Assembly: GCA_043821645.1 (NCBI GenBank)
Contig: JBDRCO010000101.1
Location: 1 to 64,000, forward strand
Source of the DNA: Pseudomonadota bacterium
GTDB taxonomy: Bacteria; Myxococcota; JACRCW01; JAFGSX01
Direction: 5' to 3'
Length of the DNA stretch: 64,000 nt
Shown here: piece after piece, positions 8,007 through 19,052 of the stretch
Layout of the letters: the number at the start of each line of letters is the position of its first letter
How positions within the stretch are numbered: the stretch's first letter is position 1
The notes under the pieces: model-generated
Told to the model about the DNA's origin: nothing
What the model saw: only the letters and a program-made list of their open reading frames with translations
Database searches by the model: none
Program-made: the position numbers and the translations under genes

Positions 8007-8906
8007 ATGATGCGTGCGCCGCTCGCCAGTGCGCTGCTGCTGATGCTTCTGGGCTGCCCGACCTCCCGGCCACAGGCAGCAGCGGAGCCAGCCCAGGCAC
8101 CCGCTCTGCCCCAATCATCGCCAGGCCTTCCGGCCTCGCTCACCACCGCCCATGATCTGCCGCCGATCGCGGTCACCGAGAGCTCGACGGCCTATGACCG
8201 CGCCGCCATGGCCTTGCCGGGTTTCGACGGGTCGCGCCAGGACCACTGGGTGGTCCGGGGGGACCAGCTGTGCCGTGGCGATCGGCCTCGCCAGGTCATC
8301 GTCGACGTGGATCAGACCGCGGTCAGCGGTAACTTCGTCGCCAAGGTCGAGGTCAACCCCGCGGCGCGCGAGGTCCTGCGCACGCTCGATCAGGCTCACG
8401 GTGTGACCTACCTCAGCGCCAACTTTGCCATCGACCGCATCGTGGCCTTTTTGGATCGCACGGGCTATCCGCAGGTGCCTGCGATCGCACGCCCTCGCAA
8501 CTACTGGAAGCCCGACTACGGCAGCTGGTGCAAGCAGGGCGCCCGCTACGAGCTGTGCGAGAGTTCGTACAAGCTCGACGCCATCGAGCGCATGGTGCAG
8601 CGCTGCCCCCAGCGTGACGTGCCCCTGATCGGCCTGGGGGACAAGTTCAGTGACTATCTCGCCTACGCTCAGGCCGGAGTCTGCCCCTTGATCGTGCGCG
8701 ATGGACACGTTTTGGAGACCAATGCGAGCGAAATGGCCGCAGGTTGCACGCTCGATCCAGACCGACGCTTTGCCTGGATGCCCGACGACAGGGGCCTGGG
8801 TGATCGCTGTGCCGTGGTGCCGGATCGCTTCGTGGTTGGGTGGGATCAGATCGAGGCACGCGCCGAGGCCGTGCTGAGCGGGTCCGTGGCCTGCGGTGCC
8901 TGGTAA
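8007..8906 (+). CDS. Lipoprotein with HAD-superfamily phosphatase domain
   Basis: Lipobox LLGC; HAD motifs DVDQT, YLSA, YK, GDKFSD; GGAGG RBS. Confidence 0.7.
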   Translation: MMRAPLASALLLMLLGCPTSRPQAAAEPAQAPALPQSSPGLPASLTTAHDLPPIAVTESSTAYDRAAMALPGFDGSRQDHWVVRGDQLCRGDRPRQVIVDVDQTAVSGNFVAKVEVNPAAREVLRTLDQAHGVTYLSANFAIDRIVAFLDRTGYPQVPAIARPRNYWKPDYGSWCKQGARYELCESSYKLDAIERMVQRCPQRDVPLIGLGDKFSDYLAYAQAGVCPLIVRDGHVLETNASEMAAGCTLDPDRRFAWMPDDRGLGDRCAVVPDRFVVGWDQIEARAEAVLSGSVACGAW

Positions 8907-8916
8907 GGAGTTTTCG

Positions 8917-9921
8917 ATGCATGAATCCATGACGCGTCCCACGCTCGTCCTTGGTGCCCTCACGGCGCTGTCCTGTGCCATGACCTCGTGCGCCAGCGAC
9001 AAGGCGGCCAAGGTCGAACCCACGGCCGCCGCTCCGGCGGTCGCGCTGTCGCCGGCCGATCAGGAAGAGCGGGCGCGCCTGCAGAAGGTCTTCCAGAGCA
9101 TCTTCGATGTGCCGGCCGACGCCACCATCGCGCCGGAACTGCTCGAGCCCAAGACCCTGGCCGATGCTCAGAACATCGTGCGCAGTGACAACGTGTCGCT
9201 GTTCCCCCGGGCCGACGCCGTGTTCACGGCGCATCTCGCCCAGAAGCCAGACGACCTGGACAACCTGACCTGGCATGCCCAGCTGTACCTGGCCTGGGCC
9301 GATTCCACCGCCCTGACCGGCAAGACCCTGAGCACCAGCCTGCAGAAGCTAGGTGGCCAGCGTGACGAGCTGAAGCAGAAGCTCGACGCGGGAGAGCTGG
9401 AGGGGGCGGCCAAGCTCAAGGCCCGGGCCCGGCTCGACGAGATCGACTGGCTGCTGCCGCTCGTCGAGGAGGTGCAGGGCCGGCTGCAACAGGTCGCGCG
9501 CGAAAAGATCGCCATCGGCGAGACCAAGACCCAGGCCATCCTGGCCAGGCACGGTGACAGCTACAAGGGCTTCCGCCTCGGCGCGGACCTGGCGCGCATC
9601 AGCGAGGACTGGGACCGTTATTCCGAGCGCGTGCAGAAGCTCGAGCAAAGGAACCCGGACTCCAACGGGCTGCGCTTCCTCAAGGGTGTGGTGGCCTTCT
9701 CGCGGGACAAGGACTACGCCGAGGCCGTGCGTTTCTTGCAGGAGGCCATCGCCAAGGATCCGAAGTTCACCAAGGCGCAGTACTACCTGGCCCTGACCTA
9801 CCTCAACCAGCGCAAGTTCGACGACGCCGTGCAGGCCCTGGATCGCACCCTCGAGCTGAGCCCGGGTCACCCCTTCGCCAACGCGGTGCGCAGCTACATC
9901 ACCCGCGCCCGGGGATACTGA
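8917..9921 (+). CDS. Tetratricopeptide-repeat lipoprotein
   Basis: Lipobox-like MTSC; C-terminal TPRs (YAEAVRFLQEAIAKDPKFTKAQYYLALTY..ALELSPGH); AAGGAG RBS. Confidence 0.85.
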   Translation: MHESMTRPTLVLGALTALSCAMTSCASDKAAKVEPTAAAPAVALSPADQEERARLQKVFQSIFDVPADATIAPELLEPKTLADAQNIVRSDNVSLFPRADAVFTAHLAQKPDDLDNLTWHAQLYLAWADSTALTGKTLSTSLQKLGGQRDELKQKLDAGELEGAAKLKARARLDEIDWLLPLVEEVQGRLQQVAREKIAIGETKTQAILARHGDSYKGFRLGADLARISEDWDRYSERVQKLEQRNPDSNGLRFLKGVVAFSRDKDYAEAVRFLQEAIAKDPKFTKAQYYLALTYLNQRKFDDAVQALDRTLELSPGHPFANAVRSYITRARGY

Positions 9922-12291
9922 GACCGGGCGCCCTGCGTCGCAGTGCGAGCCCCAGCAGCAGGGCGCCGCCCCACAGCAGACCAGAACGCGATGTCACGGT
10001 GAGGCCGCTGCACAGGCCCACCTGGTGTGATCCGCCCAGACTGCCGTCGCCATAGTTGGACCCACGGCGGCGACAGTCCTCGTCGACCCGGCCATCGCAG
10101 TTGTTGTCCACGTCGTCGCGGCACAATTCCTCGACATCGGGGCGGATCTCGGCATTGCCGTCGTCACAGTCCCGCTCCTGGCAGAAGCCGTCGCCGTCGC
10201 CGTCGACGCAGCTCTGGCAGCCGTCGTCGACACTGCCGTTGCAGTCGTTGTCGAGGTCATCGCCGCACTTCTCGGCGTTGCTCGGGTAGACGCTGCTGCG
10301 GCTGTCGTCGCAGTCAACGGGTGCGCAGAAACCATCGCCATCCGCGTCGGTGCAGGCGTCGCAGCCTTCATCCGTCTGGCCGTTGCAGTTGTTGTCGACC
10401 TCGTCGCCGCAGCGCTCGAGGACTCCGGGGTGCACACCGGGATGGTTGTCGTCACAGTCCACGGCCTCGCAAAAGCCGTCGTGGTCGCGGTCCACGCAGG
10501 TGTCGCAGTCCTCGTCGGTCCGGCCGTCGCAGTTGTTGTCCCTGCCGTCGCCGCACAGCTCGCTGGCGCCCGGGTGGTCGCTGGCGTTCTGGTCATTGCA
10601 GTCCTGAGCCTGGCAGCTGCCGTCGCCATCGGCGTCGATGCACAGACACACCCCCACGCCGTCGAGACCCTGGAACACCGGCGCGTCGCAGGCCTCGTCG
10701 CTACCGCAGTCGGTGTTGCCCAGGCAGAAGGGGACGCAGCGGCCGGTGGTCGCGCCGCTGGCTCCAGCGCACATCAGGCCGTCGGCGCACTCGAGCAGAT
10801 CCCCGAGCTCGACATTGCAGGCCGCGCCCTCGGCGATGCCGTGACTGGCGTAGCAGCTGGTGGCACCGGTGCGCGTCGGATAGCAGCCCAGGCCGCCGGA
10901 GCAGCCTCCGCCACGCAGGTCACAGTTGTCGGGGGGAAAGCACACGTCGATGGCACCCGCGCAGCTGCTGTACACGCAGTCGAGCCAGGCCGTGTCGTCG
11001 GTGATGGTGTCGCACGAGGTCGAAAAACAACCGTTCATGGTGTCGAGCTGGTCCTGGGCCGTGACCGTGCCGCGTCCGTAGCAGGCGGCGGTGCAGGCGC
11101 TGTCCCCCGACGTGCAGTCGACCATGCAGGTGTAGATCTGCTCGCAGCTCTCGCTCCCGCTGGCCTGTGGAAAGCACGCGCTCTTCTGGGCCCCGCACGA
11201 GCTGTCCGCGCAGGTCCAGTACGCGTCATCGCTGAGCCCCGCGCAGTTCTCATCGAGGCAGGCGAGCAGTGTGTTGAGCTGCGAACGCGCATTCTCGGTG
11301 CCCTGCAGGTAGCAGTTGCTCTGGCAACCCTGGTCGCTGCCGCAATCGCCCATGCAGCTGTAGATCTCGTCGCAGCTCAGGGTCTCGCACAGGGCGTTGC
11401 TGCAGGTGCCATTGCTCTGGCAGGCCTGGGCGCAGGTGCAGACCGACGGCGAGGTGAGGCAGTTTGGCGGTGCCACGCCCATCTGCTGCGCGATCCACGT
11501 CGAGTAGTGGTCGACGCGCATGTGGTTGTAGACACCCATGCAGGGATCGCCACCGCTGGAGCCAACTGTCGAGTTGACCCCGATGACGCGATAGCCATCC
11601 GCGAACTGGTACAGTCCTGGCCCGCCCGAGTCGCCAAAGCAGATCCCCGAGCCGCTGTATTCACCGCTGTAGGTGGCGCTGTCCACCCAGGACACTGCCA
11701 CGGTGGCCGAGCGCTTGATGCCGCCGCCTGTGCGGTTGATGCCCTCGGTGACCCCGAAGCCCACGTAGAGGACACTGCCATCGACGAAGGCACCGTCCAT
11801 GGTGGTGGTGTTGTAAGGGTAGGTCGGGACGCCGACGGCGGGCTGAGACAGATGGACCAGGCCCACGTCGTTCTCGATGGTGCTGCTGTTCCACTGCGGG
11901 TGGACGTAGAAGGCGTCGGTGGGCAGGAAGGTCCCTGTCGACGGGCGCTGTGCCGAGGCCGTGGGATTGGCGTCGCTGCCCACGAAGAAGCGCACCATGC
12001 TCGGGGTGAGCGCGAGGTCCTCGCTGGTATCCAGGCAATGGGCTGCGGTCAGGACCCATTGCGGGGCGATCAGGGTGCCGGTGCAAAAAGAACCCTGGTA
12101 GCCGTAGCCCGGAACCTCGTAGGTCAAGGCACCCACGCCGAGCCAGCCACTCTCGCTGACGCCGCCCACGATGGCTTCACGCTGCGAACCCGCACGGGAG
12201 TCCAGGTCGCCTGGGGACAGGCGGTGGCGAGCACGGCCACGATCCAGGTTGCGGTCAGGCACATCTGCCATCGAGTCGCGCTGCGTGTCAT
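9899..12291 (-). CDS. Trypsin-like (S1) serine protease lipoprotein with Cys-rich and DxDGDG repeats and C-terminal MYXO-CTERM-like anchor; apparent frameshift near 12213-12216
   Basis: AIVGG, LTAAHC, ENDVGL, CFGDSGGP. Signal peptide MTRSATRWQMCLTATWIVAVLATAC (ATG 12291, AGGGAG RBS) is in a different frame from the protease body. Ends C..hydrophobic..RRR. Confidence 0.85.
10073..10642 (-). repeat. Four 48-aa putative metal-binding repeats (CxDxDGDG..DCDD..HPG..E.CGD..DNNCxG..DE.C)
   Basis: Visible in the translation of the protease C-terminal region. Confidence 0.85.
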
Positions 12292-12871
12292 TCCGGTCTC
12301 CCTGTCGCTCATCTCTTGAGAGGACGCCGCCGTGCAGCTGCCGTCGCAGAGCCCGGCTGTGTGGCCGTAGAGGAATATCCGCAGGGGTGCTGATTGATCG
12401 AAAAAAGTCATTTATTTCATATAGATGTGACGAAGAACACATCTCGCAGGTCGCCTTTCGTGAGCGGGCGCACGTTGCGCTGCGTGGATGTGATCGACGG
12501 CACGCGAGATCTTGGGGCCTGTGCTGGAACCTCGATCCGCCCCGGGAGCTTTGGCGGATAGCGCGCAAATACCGCTCGCCGACGAGGGCGGGTTACTGCT
12601 TCAGGAACTCAGGCTGACCGCGTCCGGTGGCGTCGGACGTCGAGTCGGGCGCCGGTGCCACGCATCGAATAACCGTCGCTGGAAGTTGCCATGGTGCGGG
12701 GCTGCGACCTCGTATCCGGGGAGACGTCTCAAGAATGCAGCGGCAAGAACGTGTGCTGTGCGCGCGGTCACACCGCGGATGTGATGCAGCGCACCCTCGT
12801 CGAGAAAGCTCGGCGCGGACCGCCAACTCCAGGGGTCGCGAGATAAGCTGATCGACATGCGTCACCATGAA

Positions 12872-14641
12872 ATGCATACGCCCCGACCGGTCTGGTTCGT
12901 TCTCGCCGCAGTGCCAGTCGTGCTGGGGCTGGTTGCCTGCGAACCTCCCGTACAGGGTCCCTCGTCCGGCCCGCCTTCGTTGCGGCGCGATGCGGGTCTG
13001 CCTCCCGTCGACGCGGCCGTGCTCGACGCGACCGCGATGCTGGATGCCCAGGGCGCCGACCTGAACCTGCCGGACAGCTCGCTGCCGGACCTGGCCATGC
13101 CGGACGGGGCTGGCTCGGATGCTGCCGTCGCGGACAGCGCCCGCCCCGACGTGCTCGCGGACTCGGCGAGTGCGGACGCCAACTGCGGCGCGGGTTGTCC
13201 TGGGCCCGAGAACACCCCGGAGCGCTGCAGCGATCACGTCGACAATGATGGCGATCCCTACATCGACTGTCGCGACCACGACTGCCTGCAGGTCTGGCCC
13301 TGCAACATCCCCGAATCCACCACCGAGGCCTGCAGCGATGGCCACGACAACGACGGCGACGGCTACCTCGACTGCAAGGACTTCAACTGCGATCTGGTGT
13401 GGCCCTGCAATGTGCCCGAGAACACCATCGAGGCCTGCCTCGATGGTTACGACAACGATGGTGACGGCGCCAGGGACTGCGCGGACCCCAACTGCGCGAT
13501 CTTGCCGGTGTGCCTGCCCTACGAGAACACGGCGCTCACCTGCACCGACGGCGTGGACAATGACGGCGACAGCGACCAGGATTGCATCGACACCGAATGC
13601 CAGAGCCTGTCCGTGTGCGCCACTCACGAGGACGACGAGGCGACCTGCGCCGACCTGGTGGATAACGATGCTGACGGGGCATTCGACTGCCGGGACCCGG
13701 GCTGCGCGGCCACGACAGTGTGCAACGTGGCGCTGGTACGCATCGCGACATGGAACGTGGAAGCACTGTCCGCACCCGGGAGCACGCCCTATGGCGCGGC
13801 CCTGGCCGTGATCCAGCGCATCGCTCCCGACGTGATCTGCCTGCAGGAAGTGGAGGACATCGAGAGCGCATCCCTGACCTCGCTGGCCCAGGCGAGTGGC
13901 CTGGTGCACAGCTTCCAGGGCAGCATCTCGACCGCCATGTCCGGCGGCCTGACTGTGGCCTGCCTGTCGCGCTGGCCCCTGGACGAGGCCGCATCGCGCT
14001 CCTCCGATGACATCTCCAGCGACTCGAATGCCAACGAGACCGGTCGCGACATCGTTCAGCTTCGCGTGGCCGTGAGGCCGGGGAGTCTCTACCTCGGCGT
14101 GTTCAGTGTTCACCTCAAGGCTGGTTTCACCGATCTCGATCGCTTCCGGCGCCAGATCGAGGCACTGCGCCTGGCCCAGGTTGTGGCCCAGTACCGCGCG
14201 CGCTTCCCGACCGATCCCCTGGTGGTGATGGGAGATTTCAACGAGACCATCGACGACAGCAGCCTGGGCGCGGTGTGGGGTGTGGCGCCCGGCGGACTGC
14301 CGGTCAGCTATCGCCTGGGCAACGATGTCAGCTTCCCGCAGACCTACAGCCCCTTTGCCGGCCTCGACCAGCAGGGCTTCTCCTACACCTCGCCGACCCT
14401 CGAAGATCGCACCGACGTCGAGGCCACCCGCTTTGATTCCACGCGCCGCATCGACTACCTGATGTACCTCGGCCCGCGCTTGCTGGGCGACGAACTGTAC
14501 GACGCCTGCGAGGACAATGGCGTGGACGACGCCCCACTCGGCAACTGGCTCCCCAAGGCGGGTGCCCCCCTGGCCTGCAGCACCGTGCAGACCGCCTCGG
14601 ATCATCGTCCGGTGTTCGCTGACCTCGACGTTTCACCCTGA
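12872..14641 (+). CDS. Lipoprotein with five Cys/Asp repeats and C-terminal endonuclease/exonuclease/phosphatase (EEP) domain
   Basis: Lipobox LVAC; RIATWNV, PDVICLQEV, SVHLKA, MGDFNE, RIDYL, SDHRPV. Start 12857 or 12872. Confidence 0.9.
   Translation: MHTPRPVWFVLAAVPVVLGLVACEPPVQGPSSGPPSLRRDAGLPPVDAAVLDATAMLDAQGADLNLPDSSLPDLAMPDGAGSDAAVADSARPDVLADSASADANCGAGCPGPENTPERCSDHVDNDGDPYIDCRDHDCLQVWPCNIPESTTEACSDGHDNDGDGYLDCKDFNCDLVWPCNVPENTIEACLDGYDNDGDGARDCADPNCAILPVCLPYENTALTCTDGVDNDGDSDQDCIDTECQSLSVCATHEDDEATCADLVDNDADGAFDCRDPGCAATTVCNVALVRIATWNVEALSAPGSTPYGAALAVIQRIAPDVICLQEVEDIESASLTSLAQASGLVHSFQGSISTAMSGGLTVACLSRWPLDEAASRSSDDISSDSNANETGRDIVQLRVAVRPGSLYLGVFSVHLKAGFTDLDRFRRQIEALRLAQVVAQYRARFPTDPLVVMGDFNETIDDSSLGAVWGVAPGGLPVSYRLGNDVSFPQTYSPFAGLDQQGFSYTSPTLEDRTDVEATRFDSTRRIDYLMYLGPRLLGDELYDACEDNGVDDAPLGNWLPKAGAPLACSTVQTASDHRPVFADLDVSP
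13208..13725 (+). repeat. Five 105-bp (35-aa) coding repeats ExxxxxCxDxxDNDxD..DCxDxxC
   Basis: Units start at 13208, 13313, 13418, 13523 and 13628. Confidence 0.85.
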
Positions 14642-14732
14642 ACTCCGTCGACACCGGGCGTTGACCCGCCGAGACCGTCCTCGTAAACTGTCCTGGTTAT
14701 CCAGGAGCGTGATCCCGCGAGGAGCCGGTCCC

Positions 14733-15584
14733 ATGCCGACATTGCCGCGTCTTGCATTGCCTCTTAGCGCCACGTGTCTGGTTGCCGTGCTTGCGGCCTG
14801 TCCCCCCGAGGTGGAACCCGCGCCCGAGGATCTCGATGGCGTGGCGCACTGGCTGTGGCTCAACTACACGCTTGCCGACGACACCGCCGTGGCCGACGCC
14901 GTGAACAAGCTTCACCGCGCCGCCGACGGGGAGACGCGCAGCGAACCCATGCGGGGTCGTCTGACGCGGCTTCAGTCTGCGGATCTCGCCGTGGTGGGCA
15001 TGGAGCACAAGGATCCCAAGAAGGCGGTTGGCATCTTCGCCTTCACCGCCCTGGACTGCGACCTGAAGACGGTGGAAGAGCTGGTGTACGAGCTCGACCA
15101 GAAGCGATTCTTTCCGGAGGGCTACCAGTCCTACAACCGCCGCTACACCTCGGACTTCGACGCCTACAAGCGACGCGACGATCCATTTCTGTCCTGGGAT
15201 GTGGACATCGACGCCATCATCTCCGGCGGAGTGCTCAATGTGCCCTACTCCGAATCCATCAAGGGTGGCATTCGCTACACCGGAACCCTCGATGGCGTCG
15301 AGGGGCAGTCCGGACCCTTCCTGGTGAGCCACACCTGGATGCCCGAACCCGCGGTGTTCGAGGACGACGTCAACAGCTTCAGCCAGGATTATCAGATCTC
15401 CGTTTACTACGAGCCGAAGCCGGGCCGGGTCCTGCACCTGTACGGCATCTGGCGTCAGATGTACTTCGGTGGCATCGGCCTGGGCACCGATGACAACTGG
15501 GTGCAAGACATACAGCTCGACAACCTGATCAAGTGGGACGAGCGCGTGCAGGAGATCTGTGCCACCTGGCCGGATGTGCCCTGA
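14733..15584 (+). CDS. Hypothetical lipoprotein
   Basis: ATG 14733 after GAGGAG; lipobox LAAC. Confidence 0.75.
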   Translation: MPTLPRLALPLSATCLVAVLAACPPEVEPAPEDLDGVAHWLWLNYTLADDTAVADAVNKLHRAADGETRSEPMRGRLTRLQSADLAVVGMEHKDPKKAVGIFAFTALDCDLKTVEELVYELDQKRFFPEGYQSYNRRYTSDFDAYKRRDDPFLSWDVDIDAIISGGVLNVPYSESIKGGIRYTGTLDGVEGQSGPFLVSHTWMPEPAVFEDDVNSFSQDYQISVYYEPKPGRVLHLYGIWRQMYFGGIGLGTDDNWVQDIQLDNLIKWDERVQEICATWPDVP

Positions 15585-15624
15585 GCGACCCGTACATCGC
15601 AACCCGCTCGAGCCGAGGCACAGC

Positions 15625-17712
15625 ATGGGTGCTCGTCCTTTGGTGCAGGGGCCTCGATGCGGCCAGCGAGGACGTCGTTCGGTTGTCCTTGTCACCTGCC
15701 TTGCCGCGATGTGCGTGCTGGCCTTTGCAGGCGCATCGGTGGCCACGACCGCTCCCTCCCTGATCTTCAACACGGACGTGGACGCGGACTTCTTCGACCT
15801 GCCGTTTCCACTCGACGCCCGGCGCCTTCCCGACGGCACGCCAGACCTGACCGGTTTTCCGAACCCGCGAGCTGTGGGTTTTGTGAACCGCGCCCTGGCC
15901 GCGTGCGCCGAGCGCTGCCAGGGTTTTTCACCCGCCACCTCGGTGTTCTTTCGCTTCACGGGCCTGCTGGATCTCAAGCAGGACGATCCCAGGGTGAGCC
16001 TGTCGCCAGCGGCGCAGAGCTTCGTCGTCGACGTGGATCCCTGGTCCGCAGGATATCTGCAAAGGCACCCGGTGCTGGTCCAGGCGACAGTGGATGGCGA
16101 CAGCGTGCGCCCCGCCAACCTGCTGCAGTTGATGCCGCCCGCTGGACTGGGTCTGCGCCCCGGAACCACCTACGCGGCCGTGGTGCTGCGGCGATCCCCG
16201 GGTTCAGCCCGGCAGCTGGGGCGCTCCGAGACCCTCGAGGCCCTGCTGCGAGGCGAGCTTCCGCGGGGCGTCGCGACGACGCAGGCGAGTATCCTGCGCC
16301 AGGCCTACGACCCCCTGGCCCGAGCCCTGCCTCTGCTCAACCTGCGCGCTGGTGACATTGCTGCGGCCACGGTGTTCACCACCGACGATCCCACGGCCCT
16401 GCTGCGCGCCCAGGTGGCGTGGGCACGGGAACAGGCCCCGCTTCAGCCGAGATCGCTGCGCGTGGTCGAGGTGCGGGCGGGTTACAGCGTACTCCGCGGC
16501 AGCGTCGACATGCCCCGCTACCAGGAGGGCGTGCCCCCCTATCTGTTCCTTGGGGGCGCCCAGGTGCTGGACGAGCGCGGTCGACCCGTGGAGCAGGCGC
16601 GGACCGAGGTGGAGTTCGAGTTCTCCATTCCGCACGGCCGGATGCCCGCCTCGGGTTTCCCGCTGTACTTCTACGTCCATGGTACCGGCGGCGAGGCGCA
16701 CCAGCTGTCGACCCGTGGCTACCGCCTGGCTCCGGGCCAGGATAGCCAGCCGGGTACCATGCTCACGGATCTCGCGGCCGGACTGGGCTGGGCGGCGTCG
16801 TGCATCGATGGGCCCTACAGCCCGAATCGCATCGGCCTGCGCGCCCTCGACGGGTACGCGGCTTACAACTTCTTCAGACCCGCCGTCATGCGGGACAACA
16901 TCCTGCAGATGATCCTCGAGCAGGTGCACTTCCTGGATCTGCTCCGCTCCCTCCGCCTGGACCGCGCCCTGCTGCCCCAGGTCGACCTCGACCCAAACGG
17001 GGACGGCCAGATCCGTCTCGACGTCGAGCACATGGTCGTGGGTGGGCAATCTCTTGGCAGCTACCTGTCGGGCATGCTGGCCGCGCTCACCGATGACTTC
17101 AGGGCAGCCATCCTCACGGGCGCCGGGGGGTCCTGGATAGAGTTTGCCTTTGGTCCCAAGGACCCTGTCGACCTGCTGGCCACCCTGGAGCAGCTCACCC
17201 TCGCCGGCGGTGAGCACTACGACCGCTTTCATCCCTTCTTGACCCTGTTCGAGATGGCGGTCGGGCCCGCGGACAACACCTTTTACCTGCCGCGCATCCT
17301 GCGTCGTCCGGAATTCGGACGCCGGCCGCCCCACGTGCTGGTCATCGAGGGCCACGTCGACCTGCAGGTGCCGACCAACCTGCAGCGAGCCCTGGTGCTG
17401 GCACTGGGCGTGGACCTGCTCGGTGACGACGTGGGTGACACGGCCGAGGGGAGGCTGGATCCTGTGCTGCCCTGGGCAGAGTTGAGGACATTGCAGGGCT
17501 CTGCGGAGGGAAATCGACTGCTGCCCTCGGGGGAACCGCGCACGGCTGTTGTCGTGCGCTATGCCGAAGACGGGATCTTCGAGGGGCACTACGTCGCTTA
17601 CCAGTGGCAGGCGCCCCGCGATCAGATCGCGAACCTGCTGCGGGCCATTGCCATCGACACGGTGCCCGTGATCCAGGATCTGTCCCGCACGCCAGGTGCG
17701 CGCCCGAGATGA
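15625..17712 (+). CDS. Secreted alpha/beta-hydrolase (lipase-like) with N-terminal Ig-like region
   Basis: PFP.D.R..PDG N-terminal motif, YVHGTGG oxyanion region, GQSLG nucleophile elbow, GHY near the C-terminus. Start uncertain. Confidence 0.75.
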   Translation: MGARPLVQGPRCGQRGRRSVVLVTCLAAMCVLAFAGASVATTAPSLIFNTDVDADFFDLPFPLDARRLPDGTPDLTGFPNPRAVGFVNRALAACAERCQGFSPATSVFFRFTGLLDLKQDDPRVSLSPAAQSFVVDVDPWSAGYLQRHPVLVQATVDGDSVRPANLLQLMPPAGLGLRPGTTYAAVVLRRSPGSARQLGRSETLEALLRGELPRGVATTQASILRQAYDPLARALPLLNLRAGDIAAATVFTTDDPTALLRAQVAWAREQAPLQPRSLRVVEVRAGYSVLRGSVDMPRYQEGVPPYLFLGGAQVLDERGRPVEQARTEVEFEFSIPHGRMPASGFPLYFYVHGTGGEAHQLSTRGYRLAPGQDSQPGTMLTDLAAGLGWAASCIDGPYSPNRIGLRALDGYAAYNFFRPAVMRDNILQMILEQVHFLDLLRSLRLDRALLPQVDLDPNGDGQIRLDVEHMVVGGQSLGSYLSGMLAALTDDFRAAILTGAGGSWIEFAFGPKDPVDLLATLEQLTLAGGEHYDRFHPFLTLFEMAVGPADNTFYLPRILRRPEFGRRPPHVLVIEGHVDLQVPTNLQRALVLALGVDLLGDDVGDTAEGRLDPVLPWAELRTLQGSAEGNRLLPSGEPRTAVVVRYAEDGIFEGHYVAYQWQAPRDQIANLLRAIAIDTVPVIQDLSRTPGARPR

Positions 17713-19019
17713 GCGGTGTCCTCGCCTGGCTCGCGGCACTGGCCATGGCCTCGCCCGGCGATGCCGCCAGCCCTGCAGCCCTGCGCTTGTCCACCGCAGC
17801 CTCGACTCCGACGGCCACGCACGTGCCGAGTGCCGACGAGAATCCCCCATTTGCCGAGGGGCTTGGTCTGGCAGCGGTCCCGACACTCGCCTTCAACAGC
17901 GACGAGGGATTCGGCACGGGAGGGGTGGCCACCCTGTACCATCGTGGCGGCGGCGTGCTGCCGTACCGCAACGCATGGACCCTGCGCATCTTCATCTCGA
18001 CCCGGCTGGTGCAGGCGCACAGCTTGACCTGGGACGCCGTGCGGCCGGCCGACCTGCCTCTGCGTGCCATTGCCCGCGCCGGGTTTTACAGCACCATCAC
18101 CCAGAACTACTGCGGCGTTGGCAATGCGGTGCGCTGTGAACTCAGACACGCCGAGCGCGCAGCCGATGCTGCGAGCTTGCCGCGCGGCAGCGACGAGCGC
18201 GAAAGCTTTATCCGCCACTACTACCAGCTACGTTTTCTGCGCTTCTTTGGCGATGCCTTCGGGCGCTGGCGCCTGCGCGAGCTGCCACATCGCATCGAGC
18301 TCGTGGCGGGCTGGCGGGGGGCCTACTACTGGCCCGGCGAGTTCTTTCATGCCGGTCCCTATCCCGGAAGCCTGTATGCCGTGGACCATCCTGCCGGTGA
18401 GGAGGGTTACTCGAACCAGTTCCTGGGTGGCGTGATCGCCGACGACAGGGATCACGAGACCTATCCCACGCGGGGCTATCTGACCCAGGTGGTCCTGCGT
18501 GGCGCCACTCGTCTGCTCGGCTCGACCTGGGAGTACGGTGGGTTGATGGTCGACGCGGCGTGGTTTCATGCGCTGCTGCCTCACCAGCGTCTGGTGCTGG
18601 CCCTGCGGGTGCTCGGCGATGGAGTGCTCGGCAATCCTCCGGTCGACGAGATGGCACGCGTCGGTGGCATCCTGGATGCCATCGCCTTTGGTGGTCAGGC
18701 CCTGGGGCGCGGCATTCGGGAGCACCGCTACGTGGGCAAGCTCAAGCTGATCCATCAGCTCGAGCTGCGTAGCCAGCTCGTCGACGTCACCGTGCTGGAG
18801 CAGGACCTGAGCTTTGGTGGTGCGCTGTTCTATGACCTGGCCTGGATCGGTTACGACGTCGAAGAGCTGCGTGGAGAACCCCGCACCCTGCTCGGTGGTG
18901 CCGGGATCAGTTTTCGATTCATCTGGAACCGCGATTTTATCGTGCGGACGGATGTCGCGGTGAGCCCCCTCGAACGCTTCGCGCCGGGCATCTACATCAT
19001 TGTCGGGAACGTGTTTTGA
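17709..19019 (+). CDS. Omp85/BamA-TamA family outer-membrane beta-barrel
   Basis: PTLAFNSDEGFG, DDRDHETYPTRG, GRGIREHRY (RGY-like), C-terminal YIIVGNVF; ATGA overlap with the upstream hydrolase. Confidence 0.8.
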   Translation: MSGVLAWLAALAMASPGDAASPAALRLSTAASTPTATHVPSADENPPFAEGLGLAAVPTLAFNSDEGFGTGGVATLYHRGGGVLPYRNAWTLRIFISTRLVQAHSLTWDAVRPADLPLRAIARAGFYSTITQNYCGVGNAVRCELRHAERAADAASLPRGSDERESFIRHYYQLRFLRFFGDAFGRWRLRELPHRIELVAGWRGAYYWPGEFFHAGPYPGSLYAVDHPAGEEGYSNQFLGGVIADDRDHETYPTRGYLTQVVLRGATRLLGSTWEYGGLMVDAAWFHALLPHQRLVLALRVLGDGVLGNPPVDEMARVGGILDAIAFGGQALGRGIREHRYVGKLKLIHQLELRSQLVDVTVLEQDLSFGGALFYDLAWIGYDVEELRGEPRTLLGGAGISFRFIWNRDFIVRTDVAVSPLERFAPGIYIIVGNVF

Positions 19020-19052
19020 GCTGGCGCCGCTCTCCTTCGGGCGTCCGCCGAG

